Below, piece by piece: positions 1 to 8,188 of a stretch of DNA of 47,071 nt; position 1 is the stretch's first letter, and each line of letters starts with the position of its first letter. The translations under genes and the position numbers were made by a program. The DNA is from Candidatus Omnitrophota bacterium (GTDB taxonomy: Bacteria; Omnitrophota; 4484-213). The notes beneath the pieces were generated by a model, which made no database searches, was not told the DNA's origin, and was given only the letters and a program-made list of their open reading frames with translations. The stretch covers positions 1 to 47,071 of the forward strand of contig JAGGUG010000126.1 of assembly GCA_021158625.1 (NCBI GenBank), given 5' to 3'.

Positions 1-868
1 CCCCTTCTTTTAAAACGGAGTCAATCTCTTCAGGCAACTCTATATTTGCAGTTATCTCTATCGGGCAGCCGTCCTTGGTCTGAGCAGGCAAAGCCCGTAT
101 CTTCTTCAATTCTTGATTAAACTTTAAAACCTCTTCTTTCTTTTTATAATACTTTTCAATTACCTCAGGCCGAGGATTTATAATTACAATTCCTTTGTCT
201 CCGTCGATAATTAAAAGGTCGCCATTCTTTGCCTTGGTGCTAATTTTTTCTAATCCTACAACAGCAGGAATCTCGAGGGCGCGAGCCATAATTGCCGTAT
301 GGCTCGTCTTTCCGCCAACATCGGTAGCAAAACCCATAATTTTCTCTTTACGCATTAAGGCAGTATCCGAAGGAGAGAGGTCATAAGAAACAACAATGAC
401 ATTTTTCTCGAGGTTAGCCAGATTCGTCTTTTTTCTTCCTAAAAGATTTCTGATTATCCTCTTTCCTACATCCTGAATATCGCTTATCCTCTCTTTAAAA
501 TAGGCATCGTCAATCTTAGAAAACGCCTTTTCATAATTTCGGATAACCTGCTGAAAAAGATATTCCGCGGTGAGTTTTCTTTTCTTTATCTTCTCAGTCA
601 TTTGCTCCGTTAATACAGGGTCGTCTAAAATTAATAAATGGGCATTAAAGATGTCGCTATGTTTAGAGCCGAGTTCTCTATTTAACTTCTTCTGAATATT
701 GATAATCTCCTCACGGGTTTGCTTCAATACCTGCTTAAAGCGCTCAATCTCCTCAGGAACCTCTTCTTTTTTTATCGCTATCTTAGGAATAACAAAACTC
801 TCCATATTCAGCAAGAACGCCTTGCCGATTGCTATTCCTGGTGAGACAGCAATTCCTTTTAGAGTCAT
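1..868 (-). CDS. ptsI: PTS enzyme I (PEP-protein phosphotransferase), N-terminal part; the 3' end runs off the window
   Basis: Manual translation from the ATG at 868 gives MTLKGIAVSPGIAIGKAF... It contains the phospho-His motif GGKTSHTAIMARALEIPAVVG. The start overlaps the ptsH stop (TAATG). Confidence 0.9.
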   Translation of the reverse strand, partial: MTLKGIAVSPGIAIGKAFLLNMESFVIPKIAIKKEEVPEEIERFKQVLKQTREEIINIQKKLNRELGSKHSDIFNAHLLILDDPVLTEQMTEKIKKRKLTAEYLFQQVIRNYEKAFSKIDDAYFKERISDIQDVGKRIIRNLLGRKKTNLANLEKNVIVVSYDLSPSDTALMRKEKIMGFATDVGGKTSHTAIMARALEIPAVVGLEKISTKAKNGDLLIIDGDKGIVIINPRPEVIEKYYKKKEEVLKFNQELKKIRALPAQTKDGCPIEITANIELPEEIDSVLKEG

Positions 869-1140
869 TAGCCCTCCAAATCACTCATCAACAATTTTTC
901 TAATTCTTCTACTGCCTTGCGGGCATCTTTCCCTTTCGCCTTTATCTCCACCTCGTCCCCTTTTCCCGCAGCCAGCATCATTACACCCATAATTGACTTT
1001 CCGTTTATCTCTTGAGTTTCTTTTCGGATACTAATATCGCTTTCAAATTTATTAGCTAATTGTACAAAAAGGGCGGCAGGCCGAGCATGCAGACCTAATC
1101 TATTTTTTATTATTACTTTCTTTTTTATGGAAGACATCAA
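868..1140 (-). CDS. ptsH: Phosphocarrier protein HPr
   Basis: 90 aa. His15 motif NRLGLHARPAA and Ser46 motif INGKSIMGVMML are present. Confidence 0.92.
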   Translation of the reverse strand: MMSSIKKKVIIKNRLGLHARPAALFVQLANKFESDISIRKETQEINGKSIMGVMMLAAGKGDEVEIKAKGKDARKAVEELEKLLMSDLEG

Positions 1141-1182
1141 TAAAATTTTATAATCAAAAATTCCTGATTTATCAGAAATCCT

Positions 1183-2403
1183 TTAAATCAAATTCCTCTG
1201 TAAGAGGTTGATTAAAAGAGCTGCCAATTTTTCGGAGTTATGACGCACATAATTAGAGGTATCGATTATATCTCCTTGCACTACTGCATAACCTCTTTTT
1301 CGAATCCTTTCCGTATCTAAAACAACAGGGTAGGCATTTTCTTGTCTATATTTAGCCAGTAACTCATCAGGTACAGGAGCGCTATTTATAACACAATAAT
1401 TAACAATTTGAGGATAGGTATGTTTTATTATAGCCGCTAAATGCTCAAAAGCAGTATACCCATCAGTCTCTCCGGATTGAGTCATTACATTACATACATA
1501 AACCTTGATTGCCTTACTTTTCTTTATTGCTTCCTGAATTTTCCTAATTAGAAGATTGGGAATTACACTGGTATATAAACTCCCGGGACCTAAAATGATA
1601 AGTTCGGCATCCTCTATCGCCTGGATAGCCTCAAAGGTAGGTTGGCAGTTATCAGGCTTCAGGAAAACCCGTTCTATAGAAAGATTGGCTTTTGTAATAT
1701 TTGTCTCTCCTTCGATTACCCTCCCGTTTTTCCCTCGGGCAATTAAAGAAACATTTTCTAAGGTAGAAGGAACTACTTTTCCTTGAATGGCTAAAACTTC
1801 GCTTGATTTTCTTATCGCTTCTTCAAAATCTCCGGTGACATCTGTAAGAGCAGCAATAAATAGATTGCCAAAACTATGTCCACTTAAATCGCCATTCTTA
1901 AAGCGATAATTAAAAAGGTTCTTCATTAAGGGTTCGGTTTCTGCTAAAGCGACCAGGCAGTTTCTGATGTCCCCCGGAGGGAGCATATTAAATTGTTTAG
2001 TCAGTCTCCCCGAACTGCCGCCGGTATCCGTTACAGTAACAATTGCAGTAATATTCTCTGTATACTTCTTAACCCCGTGCAAAAGCGTAGAAAGACCCGT
2101 CCCTCCGCCAATGGCTACAATTTTGGGGCCCCATCTTAACTGCCTTTTTTGGTAGATGATATCTACTATTTTTTCTTCCTGCTTTGGCAAAAGAACATTT
2201 ATGAATACCTTTATTATTTTCTCTATGCTTAAAATTACCGCTCCTATTCCTCCGATGACCAGCAGAAGTCCCGACTGCTTAATAGGAAATTCAGCAGAAG
2301 CCCATCGGACGGCTCCTGAAGTAATCATAATAATCCCGAGGGTGCATAAACATATCCATCTCTTTATGCGCATTCCCGGGTATAGCCATTTTATCAGCTT
2401 CAT
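1183..2403 (-). CDS. YvcK/CofD-family gluconeogenesis factor-like protein with an N-terminal membrane anchor
   Basis: 406 aa. Family motifs GGGTGLSTLL, TVTDTGGSSGRL and LPPGDIRNCLVALA are present. There are two hydrophobic helices in the first ~70 aa. Confidence 0.85.
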   Translation of the reverse strand: MKLIKWLYPGMRIKRWICLCTLGIIMITSGAVRWASAEFPIKQSGLLLVIGGIGAVILSIEKIIKVFINVLLPKQEEKIVDIIYQKRQLRWGPKIVAIGGGTGLSTLLHGVKKYTENITAIVTVTDTGGSSGRLTKQFNMLPPGDIRNCLVALAETEPLMKNLFNYRFKNGDLSGHSFGNLFIAALTDVTGDFEEAIRKSSEVLAIQGKVVPSTLENVSLIARGKNGRVIEGETNITKANLSIERVFLKPDNCQPTFEAIQAIEDAELIILGPGSLYTSVIPNLLIRKIQEAIKKSKAIKVYVCNVMTQSGETDGYTAFEHLAAIIKHTYPQIVNYCVINSAPVPDELLAKYRQENAYPVVLDTERIRKRGYAVVQGDIIDTSNYVRHNSEKLAALLINLLQRNLI

Positions 2404-2411
2404 AATAAATT

Positions 2412-2484
2412 CAGGCTGCAGGCTTCAAGCTTCAGGCTACAGGATTTTTTAACTTGCAGCTTGTAGCTTGCAACTTGAGGCTTG
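2412..2484. repeat. Family C low-complexity hairpin (CAGGCT / CTTGCA words)
   Basis: caggctgcaggcttcaagcttcaggctacagg-atttttta-acttgcagcttgtagcttgcaacttgaggcttg. It fills the hprK-yvcK gap. Confidence 0.7.
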
Positions 2485-2487
2485 TTT

Positions 2488-3042
2488 TTAGAATACCTCA
2501 TCTAACCCTTTTTCTTTATTCATCTTTGCCAGAAGTTTTTCGTCCAATTGTTTAGCCGGATGGAGTCCCATCCTCTTTGCTCTCTGGGTTAAAGCAGCAA
2601 CCTCAATAAGTGTGGCTATATTTCTTCCTGGACGCACCGGGATTATTAAATAGGGCAATTTAACATCCAGGATTGTATAAGTTTTTTCCTCTAATCCTAA
2701 ACGTTCGTATTCTTGGTTTGAATCCCACTTCTCTAGGCAAACAACCATTCCAATCCTTTTTTGATTTCGAACCGCTCCTACCCCAAATATATCTTTCACA
2801 TTTATAATTCCTAACCCTCTAATTTCTATATAATGCTTTATTAATTCATCAGCACTTCTCCCAAGCAAGATTTCCTTTCCTTTAAGTTCAATATATACCA
2901 TATCATCAGCAACTAAGCGGTGTCCTCGCTCTATTAATTCTAAAGCACATTCGCTTTTCCCTGCCCCGCTTTTGCCGGTAAGTAATACTCCTACACCATA
3001 GACATCTACTATAGTACCATGAAGGGTAAGGGTATTTTTCAT
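2488..3042 (-). CDS. hprK: HPr kinase/phosphorylase, short form (catalytic C-terminal domain only)
   Basis: 184 aa. P-loop LLTGKSGAGKSECALELIERGHRLVADD and signature IEIRGLGIINV are present. It starts where the catalytic domain of the ~310-aa enzymes begins. There is a 1-nt overlap with ptsN. Confidence 0.88.
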   Translation of the reverse strand: MKNTLTLHGTIVDVYGVGVLLTGKSGAGKSECALELIERGHRLVADDMVYIELKGKEILLGRSADELIKHYIEIRGLGIINVKDIFGVGAVRNQKRIGMVVCLEKWDSNQEYERLGLEEKTYTILDVKLPYLIIPVRPGRNIATLIEVAALTQRAKRMGLHPAKQLDEKLLAKMNKEKGLDEVF

Positions 3043-3506
3043 TATTCCTGCCGTTTATCCTCAGCAATTATTATCTTCAATAATTCTTTCTCGCTCTTTG
3101 CCTGCCGCAGAGAGAGACAAAAATTCTTATCTTTAAGAAGACGGGATATCCTTGCCAATGCTTTTAAATGCGGTCCTGAAGAATCTCGAGGAGCTACCAA
3201 TAAAAAGAAGATATAAACCAATTCTCCATCCAAGGCATCGAATTTTACCCCTTGCTTAGAAATCCCCACAGCGCCAGTTAATTTCCTTATTGTATCTGAC
3301 TTACCGTGAGGAATAGCAATCCCCTGGCCAATTCCGGTGCTCCCCAACTCCTCTCTCTCCATAAGGGTTTTGACCAAGACATCTTTCTGTTCAGCCTCCC
3401 CCGCTTTTATTAATAAATCTACCAATTCTTCAATCACTCCTTTTTTGTCTTTAGCCAAGAGATTGACGCTGACTGCTTTCTGGTTTAAAAAGTCTACAAT
3501 TTTCAT
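3042..3506 (-). CDS. ptsN: PTS EIIA-Ntr type (fructose/nitrogen-regulatory IIA)
   Basis: 154 aa. Active-site GIAIPHGK is present, and the length and order are typical for a position next to hpf. Confidence 0.85.
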   Translation of the reverse strand: MKIVDFLNQKAVSVNLLAKDKKGVIEELVDLLIKAGEAEQKDVLVKTLMEREELGSTGIGQGIAIPHGKSDTIRKLTGAVGISKQGVKFDALDGELVYIFFLLVAPRDSSGPHLKALARISRLLKDKNFCLSLRQAKSEKELLKIIIAEDKRQE

Positions 3507-3563
3507 TTTTAATAAGCACGCGATTTACGGAGTGAAGTGCTCGTAAATCGCTATGCACATTGA
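3507..3563 (-). repeat. Family F leader module abutting the ptsN start codon
   Basis: In minus sense it reads ...GCGATTTACG-agcacttcactc-CGTAAATCGC-GTGCTTATTAAAA-ATG. The 18 nt GCGTGCTTATTAAAAATG are shared with 34058-34075. Confidence 0.7.
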
Positions 3564-3564
3564 A

Positions 3565-3615
3565 CCCAGCACTAATTTTCTGCTACGATTAAGCATCCTG
3601 AAAAATTAGTGCTGG
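3565..3615. repeat. Family B inverted-repeat element
   Basis: CCCAGCACTAATTTT-N22-AAAATTAGTGCTGG. Confidence 0.8.
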
Positions 3616-3652
3616 CTAAATTCAACTAAGCTCCGAAACTTCGAAGCAAGTT

Positions 3653-3940
3653 TCATTTATTTTTTATCTTATCCTTTAAATGAGAGAGCTGTTCTTCTAC
3701 TTTGTCAATCGCTTTATTTAAACAAAAGCGAAGGTCATCATCCTCTTCTTTGGCTGTGCAGGTTAACTTCTTAGCTGATAGAATTATTTCCGTGAGATAC
3801 CTTTCCTTCTGGCGAGAAATAACAACATGCACATTAATAATATGAGTAAAATATTTCTTAAATCGCTCTACCTTAGTTTCAATATCTCTTTTTAAATTAT
3901 CACTTAGTTCAAAATGCCTTCCAGTAATTGTAAGATTCAT
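3653..3940 (-). CDS. hpf: Ribosome hibernation promoting factor (short HPF/RaiA family)
   Basis: 95 aa. MNLTITGRHFELSDNLKRDIETKVERFKKYF is the typical family N-terminus. Confidence 0.88.
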   Translation of the reverse strand: MNLTITGRHFELSDNLKRDIETKVERFKKYFTHIINVHVVISRQKERYLTEIILSAKKLTCTAKEEDDDLRFCLNKAIDKVEEQLSHLKDKIKNK

Positions 3941-3951
3941 CGGCTTCCTCC

Positions 3952-4677
3952 TTACAACCTGAACTTCTCCCCCAGATAAATCTTTCTTGCCTGGGGGTCA
4001 TTAACCAATTCCTCAGAGGTTCCCGAAATTAAAATTTTCCCTTCTGCCATTATATAAGCACAATCAGTTATAGCCAGCGTTTCTCGCACATTGTGGTCGG
4101 TAAGCAGAATACCAATTCCTTTTTGTTTTAAATGAGCGATGATTTCCTGAATGTCAGCAACGGCAATGGGGTCTACTCCACTGAATGGTTCATCTAAGAG
4201 AATAAAAGAAGGGTTAGTAACTAATGCTCTGGTAATTTCTAATCTTCTCTTCTCTCCTCCGGAGAGTGTCCAGGCCTTATTTCCGGCTAAATAGGTTATA
4301 TTTAACTCTTTTAGAAGTTGTTTTAATCTATTTCTTCTTTCTGTGCGCGATAAAGGAAAATTTTCTAAAATTGCCATAATATTTTCTTCTACAGTAAGGT
4401 TCTGAAAAACAGAGGTCTCCTGAGAAAGATAGCTAATTCCCAATCTTGCTCTTTTATACACCGGTAATTTACTTATCTCTTGATTATTGAAGAATATTCT
4501 CCCAAAATCTATCTTTATTATACCTACAATAGAATAAAAAGTAGTTGTTTTTCCTGCTCCATTAGGACCTAATAAACCAACAACCTCTCCCGTATGCACT
4601 TCAATTCCTACTTTGTTAACCACTTTTTTTTGGTTATAAATCTTTACTAAATTTTCTGTCCGCAATAAAGAAGTCAT
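3952..4677 (-). CDS. lptB: LPS export ABC transporter ATP-binding protein
   Basis: 241 aa. Walker A GPNGAGKTT, signature LSGGEKRR and Walker B ILLDEP are present, with LptB-like length and context (hpf and ptsN downstream). Confidence 0.85.
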   Translation of the reverse strand: MTSLLRTENLVKIYNQKKVVNKVGIEVHTGEVVGLLGPNGAGKTTTFYSIVGIIKIDFGRIFFNNQEISKLPVYKRARLGISYLSQETSVFQNLTVEENIMAILENFPLSRTERRNRLKQLLKELNITYLAGNKAWTLSGGEKRRLEITRALVTNPSFILLDEPFSGVDPIAVADIQEIIAHLKQKGIGILLTDHNVRETLAITDCAYIMAEGKILISGTSEELVNDPQARKIYLGEKFRL

Positions 4678-4681
4678 TTTT

Positions 4682-4786
4682 CAGGCTACAGACTCAAGAG
4701 AGTCGCCAGGACACCAGTCTCCAGTCACCAGTGGTTTTTCTGGTGACTTGGTGACCTGGCAACTGGTGACCTTCTGTATCTTGTGA
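4682..4786. repeat. Family C low-complexity hairpin (CCAGTCACC / GGTGACTTGG words)
   Basis: It fills the alaS-lptB gap. CTGGTGACCTGG-type words recur at 35100-35135. Confidence 0.65.
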
Positions 4787-4787
4787 C

Positions 4788-7091
4788 TTATAGCAATTCT
4801 CTAACCCTCTCTTCCCAAATTTTCAACACTTCGGGTAGTTTGTTTATATCTTTTGCCGTGGCTTGAGCAAAATCAGCCCTCCCCCCGCCTCTTCCATCCA
4901 GCTGCTCGGCAATTTCATTAATCACCTGTCCACAGTGAATCTTCCCGCTTAAATCTCTTGTGGTAGTCATTATTAAGTAAATCTTATTATCCTTCACCGA
5001 GGCCAAGCCAATAACATCTGAATCTATCTTTTTTCTGAGAACATCAGAGATCTCTCTTAATTCAGGAAAATCAAAACCAAAGAACTGGTGAATAACTACA
5101 TCCCTCACCTTCTCCTGATCAAGAGAAGCAAAGATGTCCTTAGCATAATAACCAAATAATTCCCTTTTCAATCTCTCATTTCTCTTCTTCCACTCTTTTA
5201 GTTGCTGAGTAATATCCTTTGCTTTCTCAATTATTTTTTTACGCGAAGCAGAAAAGATTTGAGCAAGCTCTTCAATCGTGTCTTCTTCTTCCTTTATTAA
5301 TTGATAAACAAATCTTCCACTTATCGCCTCAATGCGGCGAATCCCGGCGGCTACTGAACTCTCTTTAATTATTTTAAACAAACCAATTTCTCCCGTCCTT
5401 CGGACATGGACGCCACCACAAAATTCCTTACTGTAATTACCGATAGAAACAACTTGCACTTCTTCTCCATATTTCTCCTCAAACAAACCAATTGCCCCAG
5501 CCTCAATTGCTTTTTGTTTGGGCATTAATTCCCTTTCCACGGGGTCGTTGTTTAAAATTCTATTATTAACCATTTCCTCTACCTTTGTCAACTCCTCTCT
5601 GGTTAAACCCCGGGGGTGGGTAAAGTCAAAATGGAAATAAGCCGGAAAGATGATGGAACCGGCCTGTCTGATATGTCTGCCCAGAATTTCTCTTAATACA
5701 CTTTGCAAAATGTGAGTGGCTGTGTGATTGCGAGCAACATCTATCTCTTCTTCTCCCCACACTCCTGGCAAAGGTAATCCTTGCTTTTTTGCCCTTTCTT
5801 TCTCATCTTGCTTAGTAAAAATTTGTTTATTAAAAACTGATTTTTCTCTTGAACGCTGACGTTGTTTTTCCACATATTGAATGAATTTCTGCCTATTTAA
5901 CTCAATTCCTCTCTGGGAGACCAAATTCTCAATTTCTTCATAGGGAAGACCATAAGTATCATAGAGTTCAAAAGCAGTTTTTTCGTTTATATCCTTTTTG
6001 TTATCTAAAATTGATATCGCTCGATTTATTGTTTGGATAAATTTCGCTTCTTCCTCTTTTATTGTTTCTTTTATCCTTTTTTCTGCCTCTTTGACCTCAG
6101 GATAAACGCCCTCGGCAAGCTTGACAACAACTGGCACTAAATTATATAAAAAAGGAGATTCTATCTTTAAATCTCTTCCCAAACTGGCTGCTTTGCGAAT
6201 CAACTTTCTAATTACATAGCCTTCCCTTTCATTAGCGGGAATAGCACCATCAGCAATGGCAAATACGACCGCTCGGATGTAATCAGCAATGATATAATGA
6301 GCGGGTAGCGGGTAGGAGGTAGGGGGTGCGGGGAGAGATTTTACGATTGGCTTGAAGAGGTCGGTTTCAAAGTCGTTTCGCACACCCTGGAGCACTGCAG
6401 TGAGTCGTTCCAGGCCCATCCCGGTATCAACATTCTTATTTTTCAATTCTTCTATTCTGCCCTTATCGCGATTAAATTGGGTAAACACAAGGTTCCATAC
6501 TTCTATAGAGTTATCGGGCGAGAATTTTTCCCTGCCTTGCTGGCCGGCAGCTCCCCAATCATAGAAAATTTCCGAACAAGGACCGCAGGGTCCATCTGGA
6601 CCCTCCTCTAGGGCATTGCTTGGCCAGAAATTCTCTCTCGAACCAAATTTTTTAATCCTTTCTTCAGGAAGCCCGATTTTCTTTTTCCATATCTGCGCGC
6701 TCTCTTCGTCGTCTTCGAAGACTGAAACCCATAACTTCTCAGCCGGGAGCCTTAACTTTGAGGTCAAGAATTCCCATGCCCACTCAATCGCCTCTTCCTT
6801 ATAATAATCCCCAAAAGAAAAATTACCCAGCATCTCAAAGAATGTGTGGTGGCCTGGAACTCTCCCTACTTCTTCTATATCGGCTGTCCGCAAGCACTTC
6901 TGACAGGAAGCCGCTCTTTTTAGATCTTCGGGTGGATGCAAAAAGAACTCCTTGAATTGATTCATCCCTGCGGAGGTGAATAATAAGGAAGGGTCATCTT
7001 GGGGAAGCAGAGAAGATGAAGGAAAAATCTTGTGCCCCTTTTCCTTGAAGAAACTCAAAAATTTTTCTCTGATTTCATTAGCAGTTGTCAT
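4788..7091 (-). CDS. alaS: Alanine--tRNA ligase
   Basis: 767 aa. FTSAGMNQFK, editing-domain HTATHIL and CGGVHV, and a C-terminal DHHA1-like domain with GGGRADFAQA are present. Confidence 0.95.
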   Translation of the reverse strand: MTTANEIREKFLSFFKEKGHKIFPSSSLLPQDDPSLLFTSAGMNQFKEFFLHPPEDLKRAASCQKCLRTADIEEVGRVPGHHTFFEMLGNFSFGDYYKEEAIEWAWEFLTSKLRLPAEKLWVSVFEDDEESAQIWKKKIGLPEERIKKFGSRENFWPSNALEEGPDGPCGPCSEIFYDWGAAGQQGREKFSPDNSIEVWNLVFTQFNRDKGRIEELKNKNVDTGMGLERLTAVLQGVRNDFETDLFKPIVKSLPAPPTSYPLPAHYIIADYIRAVVFAIADGAIPANEREGYVIRKLIRKAASLGRDLKIESPFLYNLVPVVVKLAEGVYPEVKEAEKRIKETIKEEEAKFIQTINRAISILDNKKDINEKTAFELYDTYGLPYEEIENLVSQRGIELNRQKFIQYVEKQRQRSREKSVFNKQIFTKQDEKERAKKQGLPLPGVWGEEEIDVARNHTATHILQSVLREILGRHIRQAGSIIFPAYFHFDFTHPRGLTREELTKVEEMVNNRILNNDPVERELMPKQKAIEAGAIGLFEEKYGEEVQVVSIGNYSKEFCGGVHVRRTGEIGLFKIIKESSVAAGIRRIEAISGRFVYQLIKEEEDTIEELAQIFSASRKKIIEKAKDITQQLKEWKKRNERLKRELFGYYAKDIFASLDQEKVRDVVIHQFFGFDFPELREISDVLRKKIDSDVIGLASVKDNKIYLIMTTTRDLSGKIHCGQVINEIAEQLDGRGGGRADFAQATAKDINKLPEVLKIWEERVRELL

Positions 7092-8113
7092 ATTTCCCTT
7101 CGTGCCACTTTGGCAAACTCTTTAAGTTCCTCCATCAACTTTTCAAATTTCGCCGGCAGCAGGGATTGAGCACCATCAGATAATGCCTCTTCTGGACAAG
7201 GATGAACCTCGATAAGCAAACCATCACTTCCACAAGCAACAGCGGCTTTGGAAAGAGGAGAGATTAGTTTCCAGCTCCCACTGGCGTGGCTGGGGTCAAC
7301 AATAATGGGCAAATGGGTCAAACTCTTGACTATAGGAATAGCGGAGATATCCAGGGTATTGCGGGTAGCCGTTTCAAAGGTTCTAATGCCTCTTTCGCAG
7401 AGGATAACATTGGGATTGCCCTGAGAAAGAATATACTCGGCGCTCATCAACCATTCGTTAATAGTGGACATCAATCCTCTTTTTAACACTACTGTCTTTT
7501 TAGATAGACCAACTTCTTTCAGGAGATTAAAGTTCTGCATATTGCGAGCACCAATTTGGAGAATATCAGCGTATTTTTCTACGAGCTGGACATCGCGAGT
7601 ATCCATAACTTCAGTGACTGTAAGCAATCCTACATCTTTTCCTACCTGCTTTAAGTACTTTAGCCCTTCTTCTCCTAATCCTTGAAAACTATAGGGAGAG
7701 GTGCGCGGCTTAAATGCTCCTCCTCTTAGAATAGTCGCTCCGGCTTTCTTCACTGCCCTTGCCGTCTGCAATAAATTATCATAACTTTCAATCGCACACG
7801 GCCCAGCCATTACCACGATTCTCTTGCCTCCAACCTGTTCTCTTTGACATCCATTAGAAACACTAATTATGCTGTCTTCGGGATGAAACTCTCGAGAAAC
7901 CAATTTATAGGGTTTAAGGACAGGCATTACCTTCTCTACGCCGGGAAATGCCTCCAGTGGTTGAACCCTTAGTTTATCTTCTTCCCCGATAACCCCGATA
8001 ATTGTCCGCTCAATCCCCTTGGAAACAATGGTCTTTAGCCCCCAAGATTGGACCTTCTCTATAATATGCTGAATTTCCTTTTCCGTAGCAGTTGGTTTCA
8101 AGACAATAATCAT
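7088..8113 (-). CDS. aroF: 3-deoxy-7-phosphoheptulonate (DAHP) synthase, type I-beta, with an N-terminal ferredoxin-like regulatory domain
   Basis: 341 aa. KDO8P/DAHPS I-beta core motifs (GPCAIES, GARNMQN, VDPSH) are present. The ~70-aa N-terminal extension resembles that of the Thermotoga-type enzyme. Confidence 0.88.
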   Translation of the reverse strand: MIIVLKPTATEKEIQHIIEKVQSWGLKTIVSKGIERTIIGVIGEEDKLRVQPLEAFPGVEKVMPVLKPYKLVSREFHPEDSIISVSNGCQREQVGGKRIVVMAGPCAIESYDNLLQTARAVKKAGATILRGGAFKPRTSPYSFQGLGEEGLKYLKQVGKDVGLLTVTEVMDTRDVQLVEKYADILQIGARNMQNFNLLKEVGLSKKTVVLKRGLMSTINEWLMSAEYILSQGNPNVILCERGIRTFETATRNTLDISAIPIVKSLTHLPIIVDPSHASGSWKLISPLSKAAVACGSDGLLIEVHPCPEEALSDGAQSLLPAKFEKLMEELKEFAKVARREI

Positions 8114-8134
8114 AAGTTCTCCTTTTTTAAAAAT

Positions 8135-8167
8135 GATTACAGCGATTAAATGACGATTACGGCGATT
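8135..8167 (-). repeat. Family D: two 13-mers with a 20-nt period
   Basis: The plus strand reads GATTACAGCGATT-N7-GATTACGGCGATT, upstream of aroF. Confidence 0.7.
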
Positions 8168-8188
8168 GACAATTTCAAGTTTTTAAAA

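Noticed and set aside
2412-2484. Family C hairpins acting as ordinary rho-independent terminators of the minus-strand genes.
   Set aside because: In the copies I examined, the minus-sense stems acquire A:C mismatches and are followed by A-rich sequence plus the next ATG, not a U-tract. Any T-runs lie on the plus-sense side (for example TTTTTA after 2484).
3941-3951. A hidden rpoN, or an rpoN remnant, between lptB and hpf.
   Set aside because: The gap is only 11 nt, and neither flanking ORF has sigma-54-like sequence.
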